Notes: a model not told the origin generated them from the letters alone. DNA of 32,000 nt from Acidothermus cellulolyticus 11B (GCF_000015025.1 NC_008578.1:2220001-2252000), one strand, 5' to 3'. Shown: positions 1-9,423, counted from the first letter of the stretch. Program-made: numbers and translations.

Positions 1-55
1 CCGCAAGCCAGCGGCCGGTCCTTGACTCGCCTGACCGTCCGCCGAAGAGGCTCTC

Positions 56-979
56 ATGACCTACCTCCTCGGCGTCGCCGCTGCCATCTTTCTTGGCCTG
101 GGATTCACCCTGCAGCAGCACGCCGCCGCTTCCGCGCCTGCCAGCGATTTCCTACGGATACGCCTCCTCATTGACCTGCTGCACAAGCCGATCTGGATTG
201 TTGGTGTGCTGTCGATGATTGCGGGGCAGGTGCTCTCGGCCATGGCCCTTGCGACCGCAGACGTCTCCCTCGTCGAACCGTTGCTCAGCGCCAACGTATT
301 GTTCGCGCTGATTCTGGCCCGGCTGCTTTACCACCAGCCCCTGGGACTTCGCGAGTGGTCTGGTTCCCTTGTGCTGAGCGCGGGTGTGGGAGTTTTTCTC
401 TGGGCTGGCGACCCACGCGGCGGTGATCCGGACACCGATTCACTGCTCCGCTGGGTTCTGGCTATCGGCGTGCTTCTCCTCGCCCAACTCTGCGTCGTCG
501 AGGCACGTCGGCGTGGCGGCGAGGTCCGGCCGATGCTGCTCGCGGCCGCCGCCGGTCTGCTCTTCGGGGTCCAAGACGGGCTCACCCGACGGGCGACCGC
601 GGCGTGGCATGCCGGAATCGCAAAGATTTTCCTGCACTGGGCGCCGTACACGCTCATCGCCATCGGCATTGTCGCCATGCTGCTCGCGCAGAGCGCCTTC
701 GAGACCGGACGCCTGCGCACCACGCTGCCCGTCATCGCCGCGGCCGAGCCGTTAGCCGGGATCGCGATGGGCGTCATTGTTTTCGGCGAGCGCGTACGGC
801 TGGACACCCTGCCTCTTGCCGGCGAAGCCTGCGGCCTGGCCGCAATCGTCGCCGGAGTGGTTCTGGTCGGCACGTCACAGAATTTCCGCCAGCTGGAACA
901 GGCCTTACTGCGACGCCGTCCCCGCCTCAGTCATCGGCATGCGGACCTCAGGCTCACCCGCAACCACACGGTCGACTAG
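56..979 (+). CDS. DMT/EamA-like integral membrane transporter
   Basis: 307-aa ORF starting at ATG 56 with GAAGAGG upstream. The translation is almost entirely hydrophobic helices (about 10 predicted TM segments, two similar halves), which is typical of drug/metabolite transporter superfamily proteins. Confidence 0.6.
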   Translation: MTYLLGVAAAIFLGLGFTLQQHAAASAPASDFLRIRLLIDLLHKPIWIVGVLSMIAGQVLSAMALATADVSLVEPLLSANVLFALILARLLYHQPLGLREWSGSLVLSAGVGVFLWAGDPRGGDPDTDSLLRWVLAIGVLLLAQLCVVEARRRGGEVRPMLLAAAAGLLFGVQDGLTRRATAAWHAGIAKIFLHWAPYTLIAIGIVAMLLAQSAFETGRLRTTLPVIAAAEPLAGIAMGVIVFGERVRLDTLPLAGEACGLAAIVAGVVLVGTSQNFRQLEQALLRRRPRLSHRHADLRLTRNHTVD

Positions 980-1021
980 CCACGCGGACGCCGACGCCGC
1001 CACCGTCCGCTGCCGGAGTGT

Positions 1022-2395
1022 TCAGCCGATCCAGACGGTCTTGATGTTGCAGAATTCCCGGATTCCGTGGGCGGACAGTTCCCGGCCGTACCCGGAGTTC
1101 TTGATGCCGCCGAACGGCACCTCCGGGTACGACGTCGTCATCCCATTGACGAAAACCATGCCCGCCTCGAGTCCATTGACGAAGTGCTCCGCCTCCGCCA
1201 GATCGCGTGTCCACACATTGGAGCCGAGGCCGAACGGCGTTGCGTTGGCGAGGCGCAGCGCCTCATCCGCCGAGGTGACCCGGTACAGGCCCGCCACCGG
1301 ACCGAAAACTTCCTCGTCGAACATCCGCATCTGCGGTGTCACGCCGGCGACGACCGTCGGTGGATACCACCATCCCGGCCCCTCCGGTCGCCGTCCGCCG
1401 CACAGAATCTGCGCACCCTTCGCCCGCGCGTCCTCCACCAGCTCTTCCACGTCGGCGCGTCCCTGCTCGGTGGCGAGCGGGCCGATCTCGGTCGCGTCGT
1501 CGAGCGGATCGCCGACTTTCAGCGCGGACATTTTCGCGACGAACGCCTCGGCGAACGCCTCGTAGACCTCCGCGTGCACAATGAACCGCTTCGCGGCAAT
1601 GCACGACTGGCCGTTGTTCTGGCACCGGGTGGTGGTGGCGACCTCGGCGGCACGCTCGATATCCGCAGACGGCAAGACAATGAACGGGTCGCTGCCGCCC
1701 AATTCGAGCACGGTCTTCTTCAGTTCCCGGCCGGCGATTGCGGCGACCTGCCGGCCCGCGTATTCGCTGCCGGTCAGCGTCACGGCGCGGATCCGCGGAT
1801 CCGCGATTATTTTTTCGACCGCATCGGAACCCACGAGAACGGTGACGAAGGCGCCGTCGGGAAATCCGGCCCGCCGAAAGAGCTCTTCCAAGAAGAGCGC
1901 GGCCTGCGGCACGTTGCTCGCGTGCTTCAGCACCCCGCTGTTGCCGGCCATCAGAGCGGGCGCGGCGAATCGGATCACCTGCCAGAGCGGGTAATTCCAC
2001 GGCATGACCGCCAGCACCGGGCCGATCGGCTGGTAACGCACGAACGCCCGGCTCGCGCCGATAGCCGCGGCGTCAGCGGGCTCATCGGCAAGGAATTCCT
2101 CGGCATGTTCTGCATAAAAGCGGAGCGCCCGCGCACACTTCGAGACTTCCGCCCGCGCCGAACGGATGGTTTTGCCCATCTCAATGGTCAAAATGCGGGC
2201 GATCTCCTCGCGCTCCTCATCCAGAATGCGCGCGGCCTCCCGCATTGCGGCAGCACGTCGCTCGAAACTCCACGCGGCGAGAGTTTGAAAGCCCTGCAAA
2301 GCAGCAGTCAGCTTCGCATCGATTTCCGCCGGGGTCATCGGATCGAAGGTTTTGACAACCTCACCGGTTGCTGGATTTACCGTGGCAATAGCCAT
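1022..2395 (-). CDS. gabD: NAD(P)+-dependent succinate-semialdehyde dehydrogenase (aldehyde dehydrogenase superfamily)
   Basis: ORF 1022..2482 trimmed to ATG 2395 (MAIATVNPATGE...), with GGAGGA 5 nt upstream. ALDH hallmarks are present: VLELGGSDP, NNGQSCIAAKR (catalytic Cys) and PFGGIKNSGYGRE. Confidence 0.85.
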   Translation of the reverse strand: MAIATVNPATGEVVKTFDPMTPAEIDAKLTAALQGFQTLAAWSFERRAAAMREAARILDEEREEIARILTIEMGKTIRSARAEVSKCARALRFYAEHAEEFLADEPADAAAIGASRAFVRYQPIGPVLAVMPWNYPLWQVIRFAAPALMAGNSGVLKHASNVPQAALFLEELFRRAGFPDGAFVTVLVGSDAVEKIIADPRIRAVTLTGSEYAGRQVAAIAGRELKKTVLELGGSDPFIVLPSADIERAAEVATTTRCQNNGQSCIAAKRFIVHAEVYEAFAEAFVAKMSALKVGDPLDDATEIGPLATEQGRADVEELVEDARAKGAQILCGGRRPEGPGWWYPPTVVAGVTPQMRMFDEEVFGPVAGLYRVTSADEALRLANATPFGLGSNVWTRDLAEAEHFVNGLEAGMVFVNGMTTSYPEVPFGGIKNSGYGRELSAHGIREFCNIKTVWIG

Positions 2396-2585
2396 CGCCG
2401 TCCTCCTGGTACGTCCGCCTGCGGCCAGCCTACGACGCAATCGGAAGAGCACTGAACCGGCGGGCTCCGTGATGCACGCCACAGATCGCCGGCCGCACCA
2501 GGCGAACGTCCGGTTACCACGCCGGTGAGGGCGACAACGGCACGCCGCCGGAAGATCCGAACCTTCCCGGCGGCAGCGCCGCCGG

Positions 2586-3509
2586 TCAGCCCACCGCGTC
2601 GGGGGTACGGGACGGCGTCTCCGCCGCAGCCTGCCGCAGAATGCGCCGAATCACCAGGCGCCGGCTGATCCGCGGGGCAAATGCGGCACCGATCTGCAGG
2701 ACCACCCAGATCCCTGTCACGCTGAGCGTCAGGGGTGTCGGCGCGCCGACGAGTTTCACCGCCGATGCGAGCAGGACGACGGTGAGGATCGGCCGTACCC
2801 ACCCGACCGCGCGACCCGCGGAGAGCCGCGCGCCCAGATAAACGCCGGGAATTGCACCGACCAACAGCGACAGGGTCACCGAGATTTTGACGTCCCCGAA
2901 GAGCGCGTGACCCAACGCGGCGGCCCCGACCAGCGGTATCGCCTGCACCAGGTCGGTCCCGACGAGCTGACCTGCTCGAAGCTGCGGATAGGCGAGCAGC
3001 AGGAGAGCGATGACCAGCGTTCCCGAACCAACCGACGTCATTCCCACCGCAAGACCGCCGAAGACGCCGATGGCGACGGTCAGCAGCGGACGGACTTTGA
3101 CCTGGGAGACAGCGACAACAGGGACGTGCCGGGTCAATCGGTTGCGTACCAGCATCGACGCAATGGTCAGCAACAGGACGACGCCCAGCAGCACCTTGAC
3201 CGTGCTCTGCACGTGCGACCCGCCTAACGCACGGATGAGCAGCACACCACCGAACGCCGCGGGTACCGAGCTGACGATCAGCCAGAGCGCAAGTCGATGG
3301 TGAACCGTACCCCGGCGCCAGTGGACGGCCGCACCGACGGGTTTCATGAACAGCGACGCCACCAGGTCACTGGAGACCGCCGCCAGCGGTGCGACGCCAA
3401 AAAACATGATGAGGATCGGGGTCATCAACGCGCCGCCGCCCATACCGGTCAGGCCGATGAGAAAACCGACTAATGCGCCGGCGATTGATAAATCAGGGGC
3501 GATATGCAC
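2586..3509 (-). CDS. TauE/SafE (DUF81) family sulfite/anion exporter
   Basis: 307-aa polytopic membrane ORF with a GTG start at 3509. The N-terminal LIGLTGMGGGALMTPILI motif and overall TM layout are typical of TauE/SafE permeases. Confidence 0.7.
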   Translation of the reverse strand: MHIAPDLSIAGALVGFLIGLTGMGGGALMTPILIMFFGVAPLAAVSSDLVASLFMKPVGAAVHWRRGTVHHRLALWLIVSSVPAAFGGVLLIRALGGSHVQSTVKVLLGVVLLLTIASMLVRNRLTRHVPVVAVSQVKVRPLLTVAIGVFGGLAVGMTSVGSGTLVIALLLLAYPQLRAGQLVGTDLVQAIPLVGAAALGHALFGDVKISVTLSLLVGAIPGVYLGARLSAGRAVGWVRPILTVVLLASAVKLVGAPTPLTLSVTGIWVVLQIGAAFAPRISRRLVIRRILRQAAAETPSRTPDAVG

Positions 3510-3967
3510 AGCAACAATCCCTTCGTCGCTTGAGATCCGTGGTAATTTCGTTTGCTTTCGTGGACTCCCGTTGTGTCACGACCGATTGCGTCGTGGCTAC
3601 TACGTCAGCCTCCGGATTGAGGCTCACCGCGTCCGGCGGCAATACCAAGCCACCGGGAAATGCTGGGTGTTCGGGCAGACCATCCGGCGCCGCCGGCAGG
3701 CTCACTCCGCCGGCAGGCTCACGCCATTGGAGTCGCGCGACGCTGCGCCCATGCCTACGGATGGCGCCGCCGTGGCCCTGTCCGCATCGCGAGCGGCTCA
3801 CATGCCGTGCCGGTAGGCACAGCCGTGCACGTCGGTTTGGCGAAGCCGTCGCCGCGAGCGAACCGAGGTCTCAGTCTTCCCGACAGATGGCGCTGCAGAC
3901 GCGAAGATGATCGACATGACGACGTCGGGTCAGCCGAAGTCCGCGGCGCGTGGTCGGAGTCATGGCG

Positions 3968-4744
3968 TCATTCTGGCAGATCACGGTCGATGAGTCTAGT
4001 ACCTCTACCGATTTTGTGTGTTTTCCCACGGCCGGACGTCGAACCGGATGCCGGCCGCGGCTCATCTGCGCCGCCCGGCAGGGCTTTGCCGCCGCCGGAC
4101 GCCGAGCGACGGCCGTGGCGATCCGCCGGACGCCGAGCGACGGCCGTCGCGTCTGCCGGATCGGGCACGCCGGTTTCGTCGTCACCAGCGAGGATCGCGG
4201 TCAGCCGCTCAACCGCCGCAACGGCCGCATCGAGCCAGTCGTGGTCACCGTCCAGTCGGGGAAGCGCTGCCGCCAGCACTTGGGCGCGGCGTGCCCGCCA
4301 GCGGCGCAGCCGGGCTGCGGCGTGGGCGGAGGGATAGAGCCGCGCGGCACGGGCGTCCGCAGGGTCGCTGCGTCGTTCGACCAGACCGGCGGCGATCATG
4401 CCTCGGACCATCGTGCTCACGCTGTTTGGCGCAAGAGCGAGCCGTTCGGCCGCCTGATTGACCGACAAGCCGGGTGACTCAACGAGCAACCGAAGCAGGT
4501 CCAGCTGACCGACGGGCAGGTCGTCGTACGGCCACGCACTGCGCATCCGGGCCCGCAGGACCCGCCGGAGCGTTCCACTGGCGTCAAGCAGGGCGGCGAT
4601 ACGCCGTACGACGTCGTCACCACGCCGTACGTCGTGGTCATCCGGCCCGGGCGACGACCGTTCGCAGTCCCGGCGGCTCTCCGCCGGGGACGTCAGTCCG
4701 CGGCGGCTCGGGTGCCGCGCGTCGCTCGATGTCTCCGTGCGCAC
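3968..4744 (-). CDS. MarR-family transcriptional regulator (start uncertain, long low-complexity C-terminal tail)
   Basis: Winged-helix core LDLLRLLVESPGLSVNQAAERLALAPNSVSTMVRGMIAAGLVERRSDPADARAARL. The gene is divergent from an MFS efflux gene, the classic MarR-efflux arrangement. The true start may be internal (e.g. MRSAWPYDD...). Confidence 0.7.
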   Translation of the reverse strand: MRTETSSDARHPSRRGLTSPAESRRDCERSSPGPDDHDVRRGDDVVRRIAALLDASGTLRRVLRARMRSAWPYDDLPVGQLDLLRLLVESPGLSVNQAAERLALAPNSVSTMVRGMIAAGLVERRSDPADARAARLYPSAHAAARLRRWRARRAQVLAAALPRLDGDHDWLDAAVAAVERLTAILAGDDETGVPDPADATAVARRPADRHGRRSASGGGKALPGGADEPRPASGSTSGRGKTHKIGRGTRLIDRDLPE

Positions 4745-4837
4745 GCCCTCACGCTAGCCCAACAAATAGCTCGGTGGCCGAGATATCTCCGCTACGCTGG
4801 TGCCGTGGCACGCTCACGACCGGTGCGGACCTCCGGG

Positions 4838-6292
4838 ATGCGCCGATTCGTGGCGGAATTGTTCGTGGAGCCGCGCCGGCCGCCGGCAATCCGGGATCAT
4901 CCGCGGGCACCCTGGCTCGTCGTCGCGACGGTCTGTGTCGGCGCCTTCATGGGCCAGCTGGACGCGAGCATCGTGACGCTTGCTTTTCCCACTCTTGAAC
5001 GTGATTTCGCCGCCAGCGTGGCCTCCGTGGAGTGGGTGGCACTGGCATACCTCGTCGTTCTGGCCGGCACGCTCACCGCCGTCGGACATTTCGCCGACAT
5101 GGTCGGCCGGAAATTGCTGTACACCTATGGATTTATCGTCTTCGCGGCGGCATCGGTGGCGTGCGGTCTGGCGCCGAATCTCGGCAGTCTCGTCGCGTTC
5201 CGTGCCGTGCAGGCGCTCGGGGCGGCCATGCTGCAGGCGAATTCGGTCGCACTCATTGCCACCGCGTTGCCGCGGGACGCGGTGGGTGCGGGTCTCGGCG
5301 CGCAAGGCGCGGCACAGGCGCTTGGACTCGCGCTCGGGCCGACCGTCGGCGGTGTGCTCATCGACACGCTCGGCTGGCGATGGATCTTCTTCGTCAACGG
5401 GCCGGTCGGGCTGCTCGGCGTGCTGGCCGGCTGGTTCTTCCTTCCCCGCTCACGAGACCTGGCAGCCCGCGCGCCCTTCGATTGGACGGGGTTGGTACTC
5501 CTCCTGCCTGCCATCGGTCTTGGGCTGATCGGACTTTCGGCTGGCCAGCACTCCGGTTACATGACCCCCGGTGTTCTCGCCGAATTCGTGGTCAGCGCGT
5601 TCCTGCTGGGCGGCTTCATCCGGCACGAGCGACGCTGCGACCACCCACTTCTTGAGCCGCGGCTCTTCGCTGACCGCGTTTTCAGCAGCGGCATCGTGGC
5701 GGGTCTTCTCGCGTTCCTCGTGCTGTTCGGCACGCTGTTCGTCGTGCCGTTCTTTCTTGAGAACGGGCACGGCGTTGCGCCGGCCCGCACAGGGCTCATC
5801 GTCAGCGCCCTGCCGGCTGCGTTGGGACTCATCGCACCCTGGGCCGGACGCCGCGCGGCGCGACCGTGGGCGTTCCTCCTCTCCGCAGCCGGCCTCACCC
5901 TTGTCGGCGCCGCCCTGCTGGCTGCGGGTTTCGTCAGCCGGGGAATCGCCGTGGTCGTTGTCATTCTGGCCGCCGTCGGCCTGGGCTTGGGTGCCTTCAA
6001 CCCGCCGAACAATACGGCAATCATGACCAGTGTGCCGCGGCAGAGATCCGGGCAGGCGGCGGGAATTCTCAACACCACCAGGGCGTTAGGGTCCGCGCTC
6101 GGTATCGCGGTCGCCGGTGGAGCATTTGACGCCGCACGACACGGATACACGCACCCGACTCTCGGTGTCACTGCGGGATTCCGCGCCGCGGTCATCACGC
6201 TCAGCGGTTTCGCTCTCGCCGCGGCCGCGTTGACGCTCGTCAGAGGCGCAAAAAGGCGGCCCTCCGTAACGGCCGCCATGAACCATCAATGA
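4838..6292 (+). CDS. MFS transporter, DHA2 (EmrB/QacA-like, 14-TMS) drug:H+ antiporter
   Basis: ORF 4634..6292 trimmed to ATG 4838 (MRRFVAEL...). Motifs: GAFMGQLDASIV, GHFADMVGRKLLY (MFS motif A-like) and WRWIFFVNGPVG. The length and TM count fit DHA2. Confidence 0.8.
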   Translation: MRRFVAELFVEPRRPPAIRDHPRAPWLVVATVCVGAFMGQLDASIVTLAFPTLERDFAASVASVEWVALAYLVVLAGTLTAVGHFADMVGRKLLYTYGFIVFAAASVACGLAPNLGSLVAFRAVQALGAAMLQANSVALIATALPRDAVGAGLGAQGAAQALGLALGPTVGGVLIDTLGWRWIFFVNGPVGLLGVLAGWFFLPRSRDLAARAPFDWTGLVLLLPAIGLGLIGLSAGQHSGYMTPGVLAEFVVSAFLLGGFIRHERRCDHPLLEPRLFADRVFSSGIVAGLLAFLVLFGTLFVVPFFLENGHGVAPARTGLIVSALPAALGLIAPWAGRRAARPWAFLLSAAGLTLVGAALLAAGFVSRGIAVVVVILAAVGLGLGAFNPPNNTAIMTSVPRQRSGQAAGILNTTRALGSALGIAVAGGAFDAARHGYTHPTLGVTAGFRAAVITLSGFALAAAALTLVRGAKRRPSVTAAMNHQ

Positions 6293-6374
6293 CTGTCAGC
6301 CGTAAAGCCGCGGCGTCGGCGCGTCCGGTGCGGATTAGCTGCGCCGTTCCCGGCACGTGAGGTACGGCGAAATT

Positions 6375-6578
6375 TCAGCTCGCGGCCTTCTCGCCGTCCT
6401 TGCACGCAATCGTGCAATCGGCGCTGGGGAAGAACACCGCCTCCGTCCCGTCCTGCCACCGGACGACGTACGGCGGCGTGCCGTTGGCGCCCCGCACTTC
6501 GGTGATCACCCCATGACGCGCCGGTTCACCGACATGCCGGCTGTGTACCGCGATTTCATCACCAACGTGAGCCTGCAT
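6375..6578 (-). CDS. DUF1918 domain protein
   Basis: 67-aa ORF with ATG 6578 preceded by GGGAGG. The sequence MQAHVGDEIAVHSRHVGEPARHGVITEVRGANGTPPYVVRWQDGTEAVFFP matches the conserved DUF1918 pattern as I remember it. Confidence 0.65.
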   Translation of the reverse strand: MQAHVGDEIAVHSRHVGEPARHGVITEVRGANGTPPYVVRWQDGTEAVFFPSADCTIACKDGEKAAS

Positions 6579-6777
6579 CGCAACCTCCCAGCGGAAAGGT
6601 CACCCTCGTGCTCGGGCTGTTGGTCACTCTCGACTCGCATTCTTCCAGGGCTGCGGCACGGTGCAACCCCCCGACTGCGCAGGCCCGCCGGCATCCTGCC
6701 GCGCCTGCGGCTGCGGCGGATTCGGCCAGGGTCCGTGCCGCCACCCCGCCGGCGCTCTGCGGCGCCTTAGTCCGGTG

Positions 6778-7560
6778 TCAACCGGTCCGGCAGACCTCCG
6801 GGAATGCACGGAGAATCTGCCGGCAGATCGGTTCCGTGCGCGCGCCCAGTCCCATGTCGGCGGCACGCACCAAGTCGCACGGCGTGTCGACGTCGAGACG
6901 CAGCCGTTGCAAGCCGGCAAGGTCGAGACAGACCGCGCCCAGTACGGCATGGCGTTGCGCAGAATCCACGCCAAAGGCGGGGCGGAGCCGCTCAGCGGGG
7001 ATCGCCGTGAGCAGCGTCGTCCCTGCCCCATCGGCATCGGGCACATACGCAAACGGATGCCGACTCGCCCGATGCAGTGCGGTGGTGAGATCAGCCGGTC
7101 GCAGCGTCGGCAGATCGGCCGGCAGGACGGCAAGCCGTGTTCCGGGTGCCACGTGATGGGCGAACGCGGCGAGCACACTGTTCAGCCGCGGTTCACCGCT
7201 CCCGGACCCCACGCCGGCGGATTTCCCGTAGCTTCCCACCGTGCTGGCGGCGTTCTGCTGGACCGCGCCGGTGGGCCCGGCGCCGGCGACGACGTCCGCT
7301 TCGTCCACAACGGTGGCGGCTTGACGCCGGGCCAGTTGGGCGACCACCGCATCCGACGTCACGACGACGACGTCGCGGACGCTGGGACATGCCAACGCCG
7401 CCGCAAGGGTGTCCTCCAGGGCGGCCAGTGCGAACCGTGTCCGCCACGGGCCAAAGGCGGCCAGCCGGCTCTTGGCTTCGGCAAGGCGCTTCACCGGGAT
7501 GACGACCACCCACGGTTCGGAGGCGCGCGCAGCTTCGTCCATCGCGATGATGCTTCTCAC
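6778..7560 (-). CDS. fbiD: 2-phospho-L-lactate / phosphoenolpyruvate guanylyltransferase (CofC/FbiD), F420 biosynthesis
   Basis: The N-terminal [17 protein letters not shown]... motif followed by VVVVTSD is typical of CofC/FbiD. The GTG at 7558-7560 overlaps the fbiB stop (GTGA). An alternative ATG lies at 7542. Confidence 0.7.
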   Translation of the reverse strand: MRSIIAMDEAARASEPWVVVIPVKRLAEAKSRLAAFGPWRTRFALAALEDTLAAALACPSVRDVVVVTSDAVVAQLARRQAATVVDEADVVAGAGPTGAVQQNAASTVGSYGKSAGVGSGSGEPRLNSVLAAFAHHVAPGTRLAVLPADLPTLRPADLTTALHRASRHPFAYVPDADGAGTTLLTAIPAERLRPAFGVDSAQRHAVLGAVCLDLAGLQRLRLDVDTPCDLVRAADMGLGARTEPICRQILRAFPEVCRTG

Positions 7561-8849
7561 CGCCAGAGCATGACGTCGGCGGGATCCCGGGCGGGCCGCG
7601 GTGAGGGAGCTTCCGCCGGTTTGCCGACTGCGACGGCACCCATCGGCTCGAGATCGTCGGGGAGGTCAAGGACGGCGCGGACGACGTCCCGGCAGAACAT
7701 CGTGCTGGAAATCCACGCGGCACCAAGCCCTTCGGCGGCGAGCGCAACGAGGAAATTCTCAATCCCGGCGCCGGTGGCGGCGACGAACATCTCGCGTTCA
7801 GCCGATGCCCGGCGGGAATCCGGATAGCGGTGGGCCGCGCCGGTCATCGTCATGGCCGGGACGACGAGCAGCGGCGCGCGGTACAGCACCTCGCCCCGGC
7901 GCAATCGGCGGTGAATCTGCTCGGGCGTGAATCCGTCGCGGCGCAAATCCTCCCGCCAAGCCTCGGCCATCGCGTCGAGCAATTCCTTTCTCTTCTCCGT
8001 GACGACGATGAACCGCCACGGCACGGAGTGGTGCGGGGCCGGTGCGCTGACCGCGGCGGCGACCGCACGCCGGACGGCGTCCATATCGACCGGGTCGGCG
8101 GTGAATGCGCGGATCGTGCGGCGGTCGAAGACCGCCTGTCGCTTGGCTTCGTGGGTGCCGAGCCGGAACAAGTCGTCTTCCGGACGGCGGACGAGCCGAC
8201 GGGCGGTGTCGTCGGCGAATTCGAGGTCCAGACCGCGGACAATTGCGACCGGGACGTTCGACAATTTCCCCTTGACCAGGTCAGCGGCAGCGGCGATCTC
8301 GTCGGCGATTGCTACGACCGTCACGTCGAGCGGACGGCCGAACGCGTCCGGCTGCCCGCGGAAATCCCGTAGCACCGCAACACCAGCGGCGCCAATTGTC
8401 TGATCGACCAGACCGGTCCGCCAGGCCCGGCCCATGGTGTCCGTAATGATCACAGCTACGTCCACCCCGAGGAACCGGCGCAGGCCGTCACGAATGCGCC
8501 GAGCCGACGCGTCGGGATCCACGGGAAGCAGGGCGACCTGGCCGGGCGGCACGTTGCTGGCATCCACACCGGCTGCGGCAAGGACGAAACCGTGGCGGGT
8601 CTCGACGATACGGGTTCGGCCGCGCTCGGCGACGATCCGGACCGCCTCTCGGTCGATCGCGTCCTCCCGATCGAGGGCGACCAGCCGGCCCTCGGCTTTG
8701 CTCACCACCTTGCTGGTGACGACCACCACGTCGCGATCCCGAAGGCCCGGCTCAGCCCGCGCGATCAACGCAGCCAGGTCATCGCCTGCCCGGATCTCCG
8801 GCAGTCCAGTTACACCCCAGAGCTGGACACCACTACTCGGCGCGCGCAT
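7557..8849 (-). CDS. fbiB: Bifunctional F420 biosynthesis protein FbiB (gamma-glutamyl ligase CofE-like N-domain plus nitroreductase-like C-domain)
   Basis: ORF 7557..8969 trimmed to ATG 8849, with GAGGAGG 4 nt upstream. The N-domain shows [15 protein letters not shown]...[15 protein letters not shown]...[16 protein letters not shown]. The C-domain shows RRTIRAF...[11 protein letters not shown] (nitroreductase fold). Confidence 0.85.
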   Translation of the reverse strand: MRAPSSGVQLWGVTGLPEIRAGDDLAALIARAEPGLRDRDVVVVTSKVVSKAEGRLVALDREDAIDREAVRIVAERGRTRIVETRHGFVLAAAGVDASNVPPGQVALLPVDPDASARRIRDGLRRFLGVDVAVIITDTMGRAWRTGLVDQTIGAAGVAVLRDFRGQPDAFGRPLDVTVVAIADEIAAAADLVKGKLSNVPVAIVRGLDLEFADDTARRLVRRPEDDLFRLGTHEAKRQAVFDRRTIRAFTADPVDMDAVRRAVAAAVSAPAPHHSVPWRFIVVTEKRKELLDAMAEAWREDLRRDGFTPEQIHRRLRRGEVLYRAPLLVVPAMTMTGAAHRYPDSRRASAEREMFVAATGAGIENFLVALAAEGLGAAWISSTMFCRDVVRAVLDLPDDLEPMGAVAVGKPAEAPSPRPARDPADVMLWR

Positions 8850-9077
8850 TCCGCCTCCTCGCCGCGTCGCACCACCAGGTACGACGTCGCAACCATGCTC
8901 ACACCGGGCGGAAAGCGTGGCACCGTCAGCGGTCCCGCCCGGGCACCGGCGGATTCCGGCCACCGACACCCGCGCGGACCGCGGCCTACGCCGTCCACCT
9001 TACGAGGGCAGCCCGTGTTGATCGGTGGCGTACGAGCAACGGGACCAACCCATCGCCGTCCGTCACAGGGGACCGCC

Positions 9078-9231
9078 GGCACCGGGCGTCGGCACCGGGC
9101 GGCGAATGGCGCAGGGCCGGGTGGCGCAGGGCCGACCGCTGGCGCCGGGTGGCGAATGGCGCAGGGCCGGGTGGCGGCACCGGGCGGCGTCGTACGTCGC
9201 GGGGCCGGGCGTCGGCACCGGGCGGCGTCGT
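9078..9231. repeat. G-rich direct-repeat cluster in the fbiB / CaCA divergent intergenic region
   Basis: The 11-mer ggcaccgggcg occurs four times, starting at 9078, 9091, 9176 and 9214. The 26-mer ggcgaatggcgcagggccgggtggcg occurs at 9101-9126 and 9151-9176. The 23-mer ccgggcgtcggcaccgggcggcg occurs at 9082-9104 and 9205-9227. Confidence 0.85.
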
Positions 9232-9262
9232 CGACAGCTTGGACGCTGGCTACGATCTGCAG

Positions 9263-9351
9263 CGAAGGGGAGTAGTCCCGCGTCAGTTCGTCGACATGCT
9301 GGAGCTCCGGCTCCCGGCGGCTGAGCCCGTTCCGGGTGGGCGAGACCTTCG
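9263..9351 (+). promoter_or_regulatory. Probable yybP-ykoY family (Mn2+) riboswitch aptamer
   Basis: The closing helix is CGAAGG (9263-9268) pairing with CCTTCG (9346-9351). The hallmark GGGGAGTAG box lies at 9267-9275, a GACATGC box at 9293-9299, and GCGAGACC sits immediately 5' of the 3' P1 strand (9340-9347). Internal hairpins are at 9301-9314 and 9325-9337. The element lies 73 nt upstream of a cation transporter gene. Confidence 0.55.
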
Positions 9352-9390
9352 ACCGCACGCTCACGAAAGCGGTTGCGGGTCGAGGCCGCC

Positions 9391-9417
9391 CCTCCTCCCG
9401 CAATCGCCGGGAGGAGG
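9391..9417 (+). promoter_or_regulatory. Shine-Dalgarno-sequestering hairpin (expression platform)
   Basis: A perfect 9-bp stem pairs CCTCCTCCC (9391-9399) with GGGAGGAGG (9409-9417), separated by a 9-nt loop. The 3' arm is the only SD for the TTG 9424 / GTG 9427 start. Confidence 0.6.
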
Positions 9418-9423
9418 AAACCG

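Noticed and set aside
1067-2455. 462-aa plus-strand ORF antisense to gabD.
   Set aside because: Its composition is Arg/Pro/Gly-rich with no motifs, while the opposite strand has complete aldehyde dehydrogenase signatures. Long shadow ORFs like this are typical of high-GC DNA.
4094-4147. 23-nt direct repeat (gccggacgccgagcgacggccgt at 4094-4116 and 4125-4147, 31-nt period) inside the 3' tail of the MarR ORF. I suspected a frameshifting duplication that created the long C-terminal tail.
   Set aside because: Deleting one 31-nt unit in silico shifts reading into the frame of track ORF 3871..4185. That frame stays open even longer, so the duplication does not explain the tail. It is kept only as a minor repeat.
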